A stretch of DNA of 64,000 nt, from NCBI GenBank assembly GCA_964537395.1, contig CAZIBN010000002.1, forward strand, positions 14,301-78,300. Direction: 5' to 3'. The stretch comes from an uncultured Elusimicrobia bacterium (GTDB lineage: Bacteria; Elusimicrobiota; Elusimicrobia; UBA1565; UBA9628). Shown piece by piece: positions 36,333 through 44,119 of this stretch. The position numbers and the translations under genes were made by a program. Each line of letters starts with the position of its first letter. The stretch's first letter is position 1. A model generated the notes under the pieces. The model ran no database searches. It was not told where the DNA came from and saw only the letters and a list, made by a program, of their open reading frames with translations.

Positions 36333-38261
36333 ATGTGCGGCATCTGCGGCGTCGTTTACGGTGACGGGCGGGCTCCCGATAAGGGGGTCCTCAAGCGCGC
36401 CAACGACGCGATCGCGCACCGCGGCCCCGACGACGAGGGCTATCACATCGACGGCCCCGCCGGCCTCGCGATGCGCCGGCTCGCCATCATCGATCTCAAT
36501 ACCGGCCACCAGCCGATCTCCTATGCCGATGAATCGCTGTGGGTCGTCCTCAACGGCGAGATCTACAACTACCTCGAGCTGAGGGCCGAGCTCGAGGCCA
36601 AGGGCCACAAGTTCTCGACCAAATCCGACACCGAGGTCGTCCTCGCGCTGTACCAGGACCTGGGCCCGAAGTGCGTGGAGAAGCTGCGCGGGATGTTCGC
36701 CTTCGCCGTCTGGGATAAGACGAAGAAGAAGCTCTTCATCGCGCGCGACCGCATCGGCAAGAAGCCTCTGTGCTACGCGCTCCGTCCGGACGGGACCTTG
36801 CTGTTCGGCTCCGAGCTGCGCTGCCTGTTCGCGCTCGATGCGACCCTGTCGCGCGAGATCGATCCCGTCGCGGTGGACATGTACCTCACCCTTCAATACA
36901 TCCCCTCTCCGCGCTCGATCTACTCCTCGGTCCGCAAGCTCCCTCCGGCCCACACGCTGACGTGGGAGAACGGAAAGATAGCGGTTGATCGTTATTGGGA
37001 TCTGCCCATCGGCCAGAAGCCGATCACCGACGACTTCGAAGAGGCCAAGGGGATTCTTCGCTCGACCCTGACGGAGGCGACACGCCTGCGCATGATCTCG
37101 GACGTGCCGCTCGGGGCGTTCCTGTCCGGCGGCGTGGATTCCTCGATCATCGTCGCACTCATGTCGGGGCTGTCGTCGAAGCCCGTGAAGACGTTCTCGG
37201 TCGGCTTCGACGAGGAGCGCTTCAGCGAGACGAAGTTCGCGCGGATCATCGCCGACCGTTACAAGACCGACCACACCGAGTTCATCGTCAAGACCGAGAT
37301 GGCCGACGTGCTCCCCAAGCTCGCCTGGCATTACGGCGAGCCCTACGCCGACGCCTCGGCCCTGCCGAGCTACTACGTCGCGCGCGAGACGCGCAAGTTC
37401 GTCACCGTGGCGCTCAACGGCGACGGCGGCGACGAGAACTTCGCGGGCTACATCCGCTACTTCGCGATGAAGGCCGCCCGCCTGACCGACGCGCTGCCGG
37501 GGCCCGTGCTGTCGGCGCTGCGCGCCGGCGCCGAGCTGCTCCCCGAGCACGACGCGCCCCTGGGCAATGTCTGGCGCGCCAAGCGCTTCCTGCGCTCGAT
37601 CCTCTCCGCCGACCTGCCGGGACGCCATCTCAAGATGGTCGGCTTCTTCTCCGAGGACGACAAGCCCGCTCTTTACAGCGACGCCTTCAAGGCGCGCCTG
37701 GGCTCCTCGATCGGCGAGGCCCTGCGCTACATCCGCGCGGCTTTCGACTCGTGCAAGGGCGAGGACTTCGTCAACCGCATGCTGTGCGTGGACTTCAAGA
37801 CCTATCTCCCCGAATGCCTGATGGCCAAGGTGGACGTCGCCACGATGGCGTGCTCGCTCGAAGGTCGTTCCCCGCTTTTAGATCACGTTTTCGTCGAGAC
37901 CGCCTTCCGCATGCCCGGCGACTGGAAGCTCAAGGGCCTGCGCGGCCACAAGTTCATCATGAAGGAGGCCTTCAAGGACCTTCTGCCCAAGGAGATCCTC
38001 GATCGCCCGAAGATGGGCTTCGGCATCCCGCTCGGCGCGTGGTTCCGCGGCGGCCTCAAGAATTTCTGGGAAGAGAACGTGCTCTCGAAGAAAGCCCTGG
38101 CGCGCGGCTACTTCAACGAGGCGACCTTGCGCGGCCTCTGGGCCGAGCACCAAAGCGGCAAGCGCGACAACGGCTATCGTTTGTGGGCGCTGCTGATGCT
38201 GGAGCTTTTTCACCGTCATGCCGACGAGGCGATCTCCGCGCCCGAGATCGCCGCACGGTAA
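36333..38261 (+). CDS. asnB: Asparagine synthase (glutamine-hydrolysing)-family amidotransferase
   Basis: 642 aa. N-terminal MCGI nucleophile, Ntn-amidotransferase domain, and PP-loop FLSGGVDSS. Confidence 0.9.
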   Translation: MCGICGVVYGDGRAPDKGVLKRANDAIAHRGPDDEGYHIDGPAGLAMRRLAIIDLNTGHQPISYADESLWVVLNGEIYNYLELRAELEAKGHKFSTKSDTEVVLALYQDLGPKCVEKLRGMFAFAVWDKTKKKLFIARDRIGKKPLCYALRPDGTLLFGSELRCLFALDATLSREIDPVAVDMYLTLQYIPSPRSIYSSVRKLPPAHTLTWENGKIAVDRYWDLPIGQKPITDDFEEAKGILRSTLTEATRLRMISDVPLGAFLSGGVDSSIIVALMSGLSSKPVKTFSVGFDEERFSETKFARIIADRYKTDHTEFIVKTEMADVLPKLAWHYGEPYADASALPSYYVARETRKFVTVALNGDGGDENFAGYIRYFAMKAARLTDALPGPVLSALRAGAELLPEHDAPLGNVWRAKRFLRSILSADLPGRHLKMVGFFSEDDKPALYSDAFKARLGSSIGEALRYIRAAFDSCKGEDFVNRMLCVDFKTYLPECLMAKVDVATMACSLEGRSPLLDHVFVETAFRMPGDWKLKGLRGHKFIMKEAFKDLLPKEILDRPKMGFGIPLGAWFRGGLKNFWEENVLSKKALARGYFNEATLRGLWAEHQSGKRDNGYRLWALLMLELFHRHADEAISAPEIAAR

Positions 38262-38270
38262 GCGGAAGTT

Positions 38271-38306
38271 ATCCCCAGCACTTTCAACGTTGGAAGTACT
38301 GGGGAT
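38271..38306. other. 36-nt imperfect palindrome after the asnB stop
   Basis: ATCCCCAGCACTTTCAACGTTGGAAGTACTGGGGAT has 16 of 18 symmetric pairs and a core CAACGTTG. No U tract on either side. Confidence 0.5.
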
Positions 38307-38337
38307 AAAAGGGTAAGGCGAAGCCTGGCATTGAGGG

Positions 38338-38357
38338 AACTGTTTCCGGAAACAGCT
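38338..38357. repeat. 20-nt repeat AACTGTTTCCGGAAACAGCT (16-bp perfect palindrome core) abutting the marC stop
   Basis: Core CTGTTTCCGGAAACAG at 38340-38355. The second copy, with one mismatch, is at 39018-39037. The non-palindromic flanks AA and CT are identical in both copies. Confidence 0.8.
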
Positions 38358-38967
38358 ACCCGAGCTTTAAGGCGGACAGGATCAGTTGGACGCCGATGGC
38401 GGCCAACAGCAATCCCATCAGACGCGTGATGATGTTGAGGAGGGTGGGGGAGAGCTTTTTGGCGCTGTCGGCCGCCAAGGTCAGCACCCAGTAGCTGATA
38501 AAAGCTACTAAGGCGATCGCCACGTAGAAGATGGCCTTCTGTGGGAGGTTGGTGGCGCGTCCGGCGAGCACGATCGAGGTGGTGATGGCGCCGGGGCCCG
38601 CCAGGAGGGGGACCGCCAGAGGCGTGATCGCGATGTCATCCTTGCTCATGCCCTCGGCGAACTCCTCGGGCGTCTCCTTCATCGGAGATTTTTGGGCGCG
38701 GATCATGTCGAGCGAGGACAGCAGGAGCACGAGACCGCCGGCGATCTGGAAGGCGGGCAGGGTGATCCCGAACAGCTTGAAGATCGCCGGGCCGAGGGCC
38801 GCGAACGCGCCCATGACGCCCGCGCAGGTGATGCAGGCCGTGCGTGCCATGCGGCGGCGCTGCTCGGCGGTGTCGCGGGCCGTCATCGCGAGGAAGGTCG
38901 GGACCGCAGCGAAGGGGTCCACGATCGCGAAGAGGGAGCCGAACGTCAGGAACGCGTATTCCATCAT
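38356..38967 (-). CDS. marC: MarC-family (UPF0056) integral membrane protein
   Basis: 203 aa. FGSLFAIVDPFAAVPTF N-terminal signature and 6 TM helices. It is the only minus-strand gene inside the plus-strand glycan cluster. Confidence 0.85.
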   Translation of the reverse strand: MMEYAFLTFGSLFAIVDPFAAVPTFLAMTARDTAEQRRRMARTACITCAGVMGAFAALGPAIFKLFGITLPAFQIAGGLVLLLSSLDMIRAQKSPMKETPEEFAEGMSKDDIAITPLAVPLLAGPGAITTSIVLAGRATNLPQKAIFYVAIALVAFISYWVLTLAADSAKKLSPTLLNIITRLMGLLLAAIGVQLILSALKLG

Positions 38968-39017
38968 GACCCGGTTATTTTAGCCTTTCCTTCCCGCCGT
39001 GCGCGTTGCTCCCGGTC

Positions 39018-39037
39018 AACTGTTCCCGGAAACAGCT
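39018..39037. repeat. Second copy of the 20-nt repeat (AACTGTTCCCGGAAACAGCT)
   Basis: 19 of 20 positions identical to 38338-38357. It lies in the divergent marC / DegT-like promoter region. Confidence 0.8.
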
Positions 39038-39053
39038 GGCACTGCTGCGAGCC

Positions 39054-39081
39054 TTCAAAATACGCCTAAATTTCCTACAAT
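39054..39081 (+). promoter_or_regulatory. Candidate promoter TTCAAA-16 nt-TACAAT, with the -10 ending 8 nt before the ATG
   Basis: TTCAAA at 39054-39059 and TACAAT at 39076-39081; ATG at 39090. There is no Shine-Dalgarno sequence, which suggests a leaderless mRNA. Confidence 0.35.
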
Positions 39082-39089
39082 CGACCATA

Positions 39090-40271
39090 ATGGACCGCGA
39101 AATCGGCGTCGGAGGCTTTGCCGTCAGCCCGTTGGCCCGGCGCTATGTCAACGAGGTCCTCGACTCCAACCGCCTATCCTACGGCCCCTTCCACCGCCGC
39201 TTCGAGGCCTCCTTCGCCGCGGAGCATGACTCCAAGCACTCCGTGTTCTGCAACTCGGGCACGAGCGCCCTCCAGATCGCCCTCCAGGCCCTCAAGGAGA
39301 AGCACGGCTGGGCCGACGGCGACGAGGTCATCGTCCCGTCCGTTACTTTCATAGCAACGTCGAACATCGTATTGCACAACCGGATGGTGCCGGTGTTCGC
39401 CGACGTGGACCCTCTCACGTATACGCTCGACCCCGCCAAGTTCGAAGCGGCGATCACCGCGAAGACCCGCGCCGTGATCCCCGTTCACCTCCTCGGTCTG
39501 CCGGCCGATATGGACCCGATCGCGGCGATCGCGCGCAAGCGCGGCCTGTCCATCATCGAGGACTCGGCCGAGACCATGTTCGCGCGCTATAAGGGGCGCA
39601 AGGTCGGCTCTCTCGGCGACATCGGCTGCTTCTCGACCTATATCGCCCATTACATCGTGACGGGCGTGGGCGGCCTGGCGACGACGAGCGATCCGGACCT
39701 CCAGATCCGGCTGCGAAGCCTGATGAACCACGGGCGCGACTCGATCTACCTCTCGATCGACGACGACAAGGGCGCGACGGGCCAGAAGCTCCATGAGATC
39801 GTGGCCAAGCGCTTTCAGTTCGTCTCGGTCGGCCACAGCTACCGCGCCACCGAGCTCGAGGCGGCCCTGGGCCTGGCCCAGCTCGAGGAGAAGGACGGCA
39901 TCGTCGCCGCGCGCACCGGCATGGCCAGGCGCCTGAGCGCCGGCCTTAAGGAGTTTTCGGACAGGCTCCAGCTGCCGTTCTGTCCGCCCGACCGCGACCA
40001 TACCTTCATGCTCTACGGCCTCGTGCTCAAGGACGCCGACAAGGCGCCGCTCGTGAACTTCCTCGAAGACCGCGGCGTTGAGACGCGCGATCTGCTGCCG
40101 TTGTTGAATCAGCCGGTGTACAAGAAGATGTTCGGAGATCTCGAGCCCAAGTTCCCGGTCGCGAAGGCCCTCAATCGCTCCGCGTTCTACATCGGCTGCC
40201 ATCAGTACATGACGGAAAACGACGCCGATTACGTCATCGCGCAGTTCCGCGAGTATTTCCGGACGCATTAA
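39090..40271 (+). CDS. DegT/DnrJ/EryC1/StrS-family PLP/PMP enzyme with His in place of the catalytic Lys (sugar 3-dehydratase-like)
   Basis: Start at the ATG at 39090, 393 aa. Motifs CNSGTSALQIAL and IIEDSAETMFARYKGRKVGSLGDIGCFS. The segment TYIAHYIVTGVGG aligns with the family FHxxKxxTxGEGG. The His codon cat is at 39648-39650. Confidence 0.75.
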   Translation: MDREIGVGGFAVSPLARRYVNEVLDSNRLSYGPFHRRFEASFAAEHDSKHSVFCNSGTSALQIALQALKEKHGWADGDEVIVPSVTFIATSNIVLHNRMVPVFADVDPLTYTLDPAKFEAAITAKTRAVIPVHLLGLPADMDPIAAIARKRGLSIIEDSAETMFARYKGRKVGSLGDIGCFSTYIAHYIVTGVGGLATTSDPDLQIRLRSLMNHGRDSIYLSIDDDKGATGQKLHEIVAKRFQFVSVGHSYRATELEAALGLAQLEEKDGIVAARTGMARRLSAGLKEFSDRLQLPFCPPDRDHTFMLYGLVLKDADKAPLVNFLEDRGVETRDLLPLLNQPVYKKMFGDLEPKFPVAKALNRSAFYIGCHQYMTENDADYVIAQFREYFRTH

Positions 40272-40272
40272 G

Positions 40273-41226
40273 ATGACGAAGGTTTCGGTCGTTATCGATA
40301 ACCATAACTACGGGCGCTTTCTCAAAGAGACGCTCGACTCGGTCCTAACGCAAGTTCTCGACGACGTTGCCGTTGAGATCCTTGTCGTTGACGACGGCTC
40401 CACCGATGATTCCCGAGAGATTCTTTCTGTATACGCCCCGCGCGTGAAGTCGTTGCTTCAGGCGCGGCAGGGACAGGCCTCCGCCTTCAATAATGGCCTC
40501 GCCGCGGCGACGGGCGATATCGTCTGCCTTCTCGATTCCGACGACGTTTTTTTGCCGGGGAAGCTGGCCGCCGTCGTCGAAGCGTTCAAGGACCCGAAAG
40601 TCGTCTGCGTCCAGAATTTTTTAAACGATACCGACGCGCACCTCGTCCCTTTGCCCCGCCGCTTCCCCGCGTGGCCCGCGCGCTACCTCCTGGACGACTA
40701 CATCGCCGGACGCACGGAGTTCACCGCGACCTCCGGGCTCGCCTTCCGCCGCGAGACTTTGCTCAAGCTCCTGCCCATCCCGAAAGACCTTTTTTATTAT
40801 CTCGACGACTTCCTGACCGCGCACGCGCTGTTCTTCGGCGAGATCGCCAACATCCCTCGGGTTCTGGGCCTGCACCGCATGCACGGCGCGAACTGGTGCG
40901 CGGGCGGCCTCGAGGACCCCGCTAAGATCGAAAGGGACTTCATCGATCGCGCCAATTACGGGACGCATCGCGATCGCTGGTTGGCCGACAAGGGCGTCGC
41001 CCGCTCGGCCGAGGCCGTCGACGCCGAACGCCTGGAGCTGTGGCGCCGCCGGGTCCTGCTCCAGAGCCTGCGCGCCCGTCCGCTCGAGGCGGCGCGCGTC
41101 TGGTGCGAGGGGCTTGCCGGCCTGCCGAAGACGCGTCACGCGCGCTTTCGCGCCGTGACGACGGCGCTCGCCGTCCTGTCTCCCACTTTATACCTCGCGC
41201 TGTACGACGCGTACTCCCGGCCATGA
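40273..41226 (+). CDS. GT2-family glycosyltransferase
   Basis: 317 aa. VSVVIDNHNYGRFL...VVDDGSTDDS...LDSDD motifs. Confidence 0.8.
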   Translation: MTKVSVVIDNHNYGRFLKETLDSVLTQVLDDVAVEILVVDDGSTDDSREILSVYAPRVKSLLQARQGQASAFNNGLAAATGDIVCLLDSDDVFLPGKLAAVVEAFKDPKVVCVQNFLNDTDAHLVPLPRRFPAWPARYLLDDYIAGRTEFTATSGLAFRRETLLKLLPIPKDLFYYLDDFLTAHALFFGEIANIPRVLGLHRMHGANWCAGGLEDPAKIERDFIDRANYGTHRDRWLADKGVARSAEAVDAERLELWRRRVLLQSLRARPLEAARVWCEGLAGLPKTRHARFRAVTTALAVLSPTLYLALYDAYSRP

Positions 41227-41921
41227 GCGAAGCCTTCGACCTGACGGTGGTGGTGCCGACGCTCAATGAAGAGGGCTCCCTGCGCCAGATCCTGCCGCGC
41301 TTGAAGGAGACCTTTAAGAGCCTCGGCCTGCGCGGCGAGATAGTCGTCGTGGACGGCCGCTCGACGGACAAGACCATCGCCGTGGCCGAGGCCGGCGGCG
41401 CGCGCGTGCTCACGCAGACCGGGCGCGGCCTCGGCGGGGCCCTGCGCGAGGGCCTTTGCGCCGCGAACTCTCCCTGGGTCGCCGTCGTGGACGCCGACGG
41501 CTCGCACCCGCCCGAGGTCCTGGCGGAGATGTGGGCCAGAAGGGGCGAGGCCGACCTGATCATCGCCTCGCGCTATATCCCGGGCGGCTCGGCCGTGATG
41601 GGCCCCGCGCGCCGTCTCCTGAGCGGCCTGCTCAACGTCGTCTCGCGATTCGTCCTGAAGCTGCCCGTGCATGACGCCTCGGGAGGCTTCCGCCTGTACA
41701 GCGCCAAGTTCGCCCGCGCGGCGAGCGCGGACACGGACGTGAACGATTTCACCATCCAGCAGGAGCTTCTCGTCGCCATCCTGTCGCGCGGCGGCAGGGT
41801 CCTCGAGATACCTTTTCGCTACGAGCATCGCATCGACGGCGTCTCGAAGGCTTCGGCCCTGCGCCTGGCCCCGGCGTACATCCGCATGCTGCTCAGGCTT
41901 CGCGGCCGGAGCCGCCAGTGA
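41223..41921 (+). CDS. GT2 polyprenol-phosphate glycosyltransferase (DPM1/Ppm1-like)
   Basis: Start at the ATG at 41223 (ATGA overlap), 232 aa. VVVPTLNEE, VVDGRSTDKT, VVDADGSHPP, ASRYIPGG, SGGFRLY. Confidence 0.7.
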   Translation: MSEAFDLTVVVPTLNEEGSLRQILPRLKETFKSLGLRGEIVVVDGRSTDKTIAVAEAGGARVLTQTGRGLGGALREGLCAANSPWVAVVDADGSHPPEVLAEMWARRGEADLIIASRYIPGGSAVMGPARRLLSGLLNVVSRFVLKLPVHDASGGFRLYSAKFARAASADTDVNDFTIQQELLVAILSRGGRVLEIPFRYEHRIDGVSKASALRLAPAYIRMLLRLRGRSRQ

Positions 41922-41962
41922 CCTCCGCGAGGCTGGCCGGACTTCGCCCATAGGGCTATACT

Positions 41963-43087
41963 ATGGATGAGCCCACCGCCATGCCTCCCACGAGAAACGC
42001 CGTCACCGACGCGGTCAACTTCCTGAGAAGCTACTTTTCCTCCAAGCCCAGCTATCTCATTTATTTCGTCACGGCGGTATGCAACGCGCGCTGCAAGCAT
42101 TGCTTCTATTGGGCCGAGATCGAATCGGCCAACGCCCGCACCGAGCTCAAGCTCGAGGAGATCGCCAAGATCGCCCGCAGCCTCGACCCGCTCATCTACC
42201 TCTCCATCGGCGGCGGCGAGCCGTTCCTCCGCTCGGACCTGACCCAGGTCGTCGAGGCCTACTACCAGAATTCATCCCTGCAGTACCTCAACATCGTCAC
42301 CAACGGATTCTACACCGAGAGGGTGATGAAGACGGTCGAGGCGCTGCTGATCAGCTGCCCGCGCCTCAAGATCAAGATCCAGGTCTCCATCGACGATTTT
42401 GAGAAGGCTCATGACGAATACCGGGCCGTCCCCGGCATCTACCGCAAGGCGCTCGATACGATCGGTCAGCTGTCGGAGCGATTCCGAAGCAAGGAGCCGC
42501 GGTTCACCCTCGATATCGCCACCTGCATCACGAAGTCGAACAAGGCGCATGTGGCCAAGCTGCACGACCATCTCCGCGGGGAACTCCAGTTCGATAATTA
42601 TCAGCTCCTTTATCCGCGCGGCAACGCCGAGGTGGCCGCGGAAAAAGACGTCACCCCCGCGGAGTATGAGGCCGCCGTGACGCTGATGGAGCGCCACGAT
42701 TTCCACCGCAACAACAACCCGATCCTTTCGGCCGTCAATCGCGTGGCCAAGCGCGGCATCCTGGATTTCCTTAAAGAGGACGCTCATCCCTGGGACTGCC
42801 TGGCCGGGAAGAAGTTCGTCTCCATCACCGAGAAGGGGATCCTGCAGCCCTGCGAGGTCCTCCATCAGATGACGCCCTCCTACGACTCGGACCTCGGGGA
42901 TCTGCGAAAATACGATTTCAGCGTGACCGCCGCCTTGGCCGGAGAAAAGGCGCGCGAGGTCGTCGATTACATCAAGAGGACCAAGTGCCGCTGCAGCTTC
43001 GAATGCGCCTCCAACTGCAACGTGGTGTTCGCCAAGAAGAACGCGGCCGGCGTGATCAAGGATTGGCTCATCGGCAAAACGGATTAG
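41963..43087 (+). CDS. Radical SAM enzyme with a SPASM-like Cys-rich C-terminus
   Basis: 374 aa. CNARCKHC (CxxxCxxC) near the N-terminus, the GGGEPFL glycine motif, and C-terminal cysteines CLAGKK...QPCE...KCRCSFECASNC. Confidence 0.8.
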   Translation: MDEPTAMPPTRNAVTDAVNFLRSYFSSKPSYLIYFVTAVCNARCKHCFYWAEIESANARTELKLEEIAKIARSLDPLIYLSIGGGEPFLRSDLTQVVEAYYQNSSLQYLNIVTNGFYTERVMKTVEALLISCPRLKIKIQVSIDDFEKAHDEYRAVPGIYRKALDTIGQLSERFRSKEPRFTLDIATCITKSNKAHVAKLHDHLRGELQFDNYQLLYPRGNAEVAAEKDVTPAEYEAAVTLMERHDFHRNNNPILSAVNRVAKRGILDFLKEDAHPWDCLAGKKFVSITEKGILQPCEVLHQMTPSYDSDLGDLRKYDFSVTAALAGEKAREVVDYIKRTKCRCSFECASNCNVVFAKKNAAGVIKDWLIGKTD

Positions 43088-43105
43088 CGCGCGCATTGAC
43101 CACCC

Positions 43106-44119
43106 ATGGCCGAAGAGCAGCTTAAAATATCCGTCGTCGTCGTGGCCTATAACGAGGAAAAGAACATCGGGGCCTGCCTTGATTCCCTGGCCCTCCTGGA
43201 CTATCCCTTGGACCGGCTGGAGATCGTCGTCGTGGACAACGACTCCGCGGACCGCACGCGCGATATCGTGCGGGAGTTCATGGCCCGGCTTCCCCGCATC
43301 CGGCTCGTCGTCAATCCGGTTCGCGGCATCGGGGCCAGCCGCAACGTGGGCCTGCGCGAGGCGCGGCATGATTTCCTTGCCTTCACGGACGCCGACTGCA
43401 CCGCGCCGCCCGATTGGCTGTCTCGATTGGAGAAGGCTTTCCGCGAGGCGCGCCTGGAGGATCCGAAGGTCGTCGCGGCGGGCGGCTCCAACACCGCGCC
43501 GGACGACGCGAACCGCTTCCGTCAGGCGATCGCGGTCGCGGTGCGCAACTTCTGGGGCAACCACGGCTCGGTGCAGGGCCGCGTCATCAAGGACCGCATG
43601 TATGTCGATCATCTCCCGACCTTGAACGTCCTCTATGACCGCTTGCGCGTCGTCGCCGAGGGAAGCTTCGACGAGCGCATGGGGAATATTTCCGAGGATG
43701 TGGAGCTGAGCTATCGCCTGCGCTGGAGGGGCTACAAGCTGCTGTACGTGCCCGACGCCGCCGTGCGCCACATCTGGAGAACGGATTATCGTTCGTGGAG
43801 CCGGAACATGATGGTCTACGGCAAAGGGCGCAGCTGGCTGATGAAAAAGGACCGGCGGTTCTTCCGCGTCATGAACATGGCGCCCGTGGGCCTGCTGCTG
43901 TGCGCGGCGGCGTCGCCCTTCGTCTCCTTCGTTCCCCTCTATCTGATCCCCGTCGTCCACGCCGCGCTGACGGCGTGCGTGAGCCTGGGCGCCTGCGCCA
44001 AGGCCGGGCGGATGGACCTGATTTTGACGGTTTTCAACATCTATCTCGTGACCCACTACTCCTACGGCCTCGGAGAGGTGATCGGCCTGATCGAGCCCCG
44101 GGGACGCATTGATGCGTAA
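43106..44119 (+). CDS. GT2-family glycosyltransferase with C-terminal TM helices
   Basis: 337 aa. ISVVVVAYNEE, VVDNDSADRT, FTDADC, and EDVELSYRL (QxxRW-region analogue). Confidence 0.8.
   Translation: MAEEQLKISVVVVAYNEEKNIGACLDSLALLDYPLDRLEIVVVDNDSADRTRDIVREFMARLPRIRLVVNPVRGIGASRNVGLREARHDFLAFTDADCTAPPDWLSRLEKAFREARLEDPKVVAAGGSNTAPDDANRFRQAIAVAVRNFWGNHGSVQGRVIKDRMYVDHLPTLNVLYDRLRVVAEGSFDERMGNISEDVELSYRLRWRGYKLLYVPDAAVRHIWRTDYRSWSRNMMVYGKGRSWLMKKDRRFFRVMNMAPVGLLLCAAASPFVSFVPLYLIPVVHAALTACVSLGACAKAGRMDLILTVFNIYLVTHYSYGLGEVIGLIEPRGRIDA

Noticed and set aside
38338-39037. marC plus flanking 20-nt repeats as a mobile element or MITE
   Set aside because: There is no transposase, integrase or target-site-duplication pattern, and the repeat core is itself a palindrome sitting on a stop codon. 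It is kept as a finding (insertion footprint or operator) but not called a mobile element.
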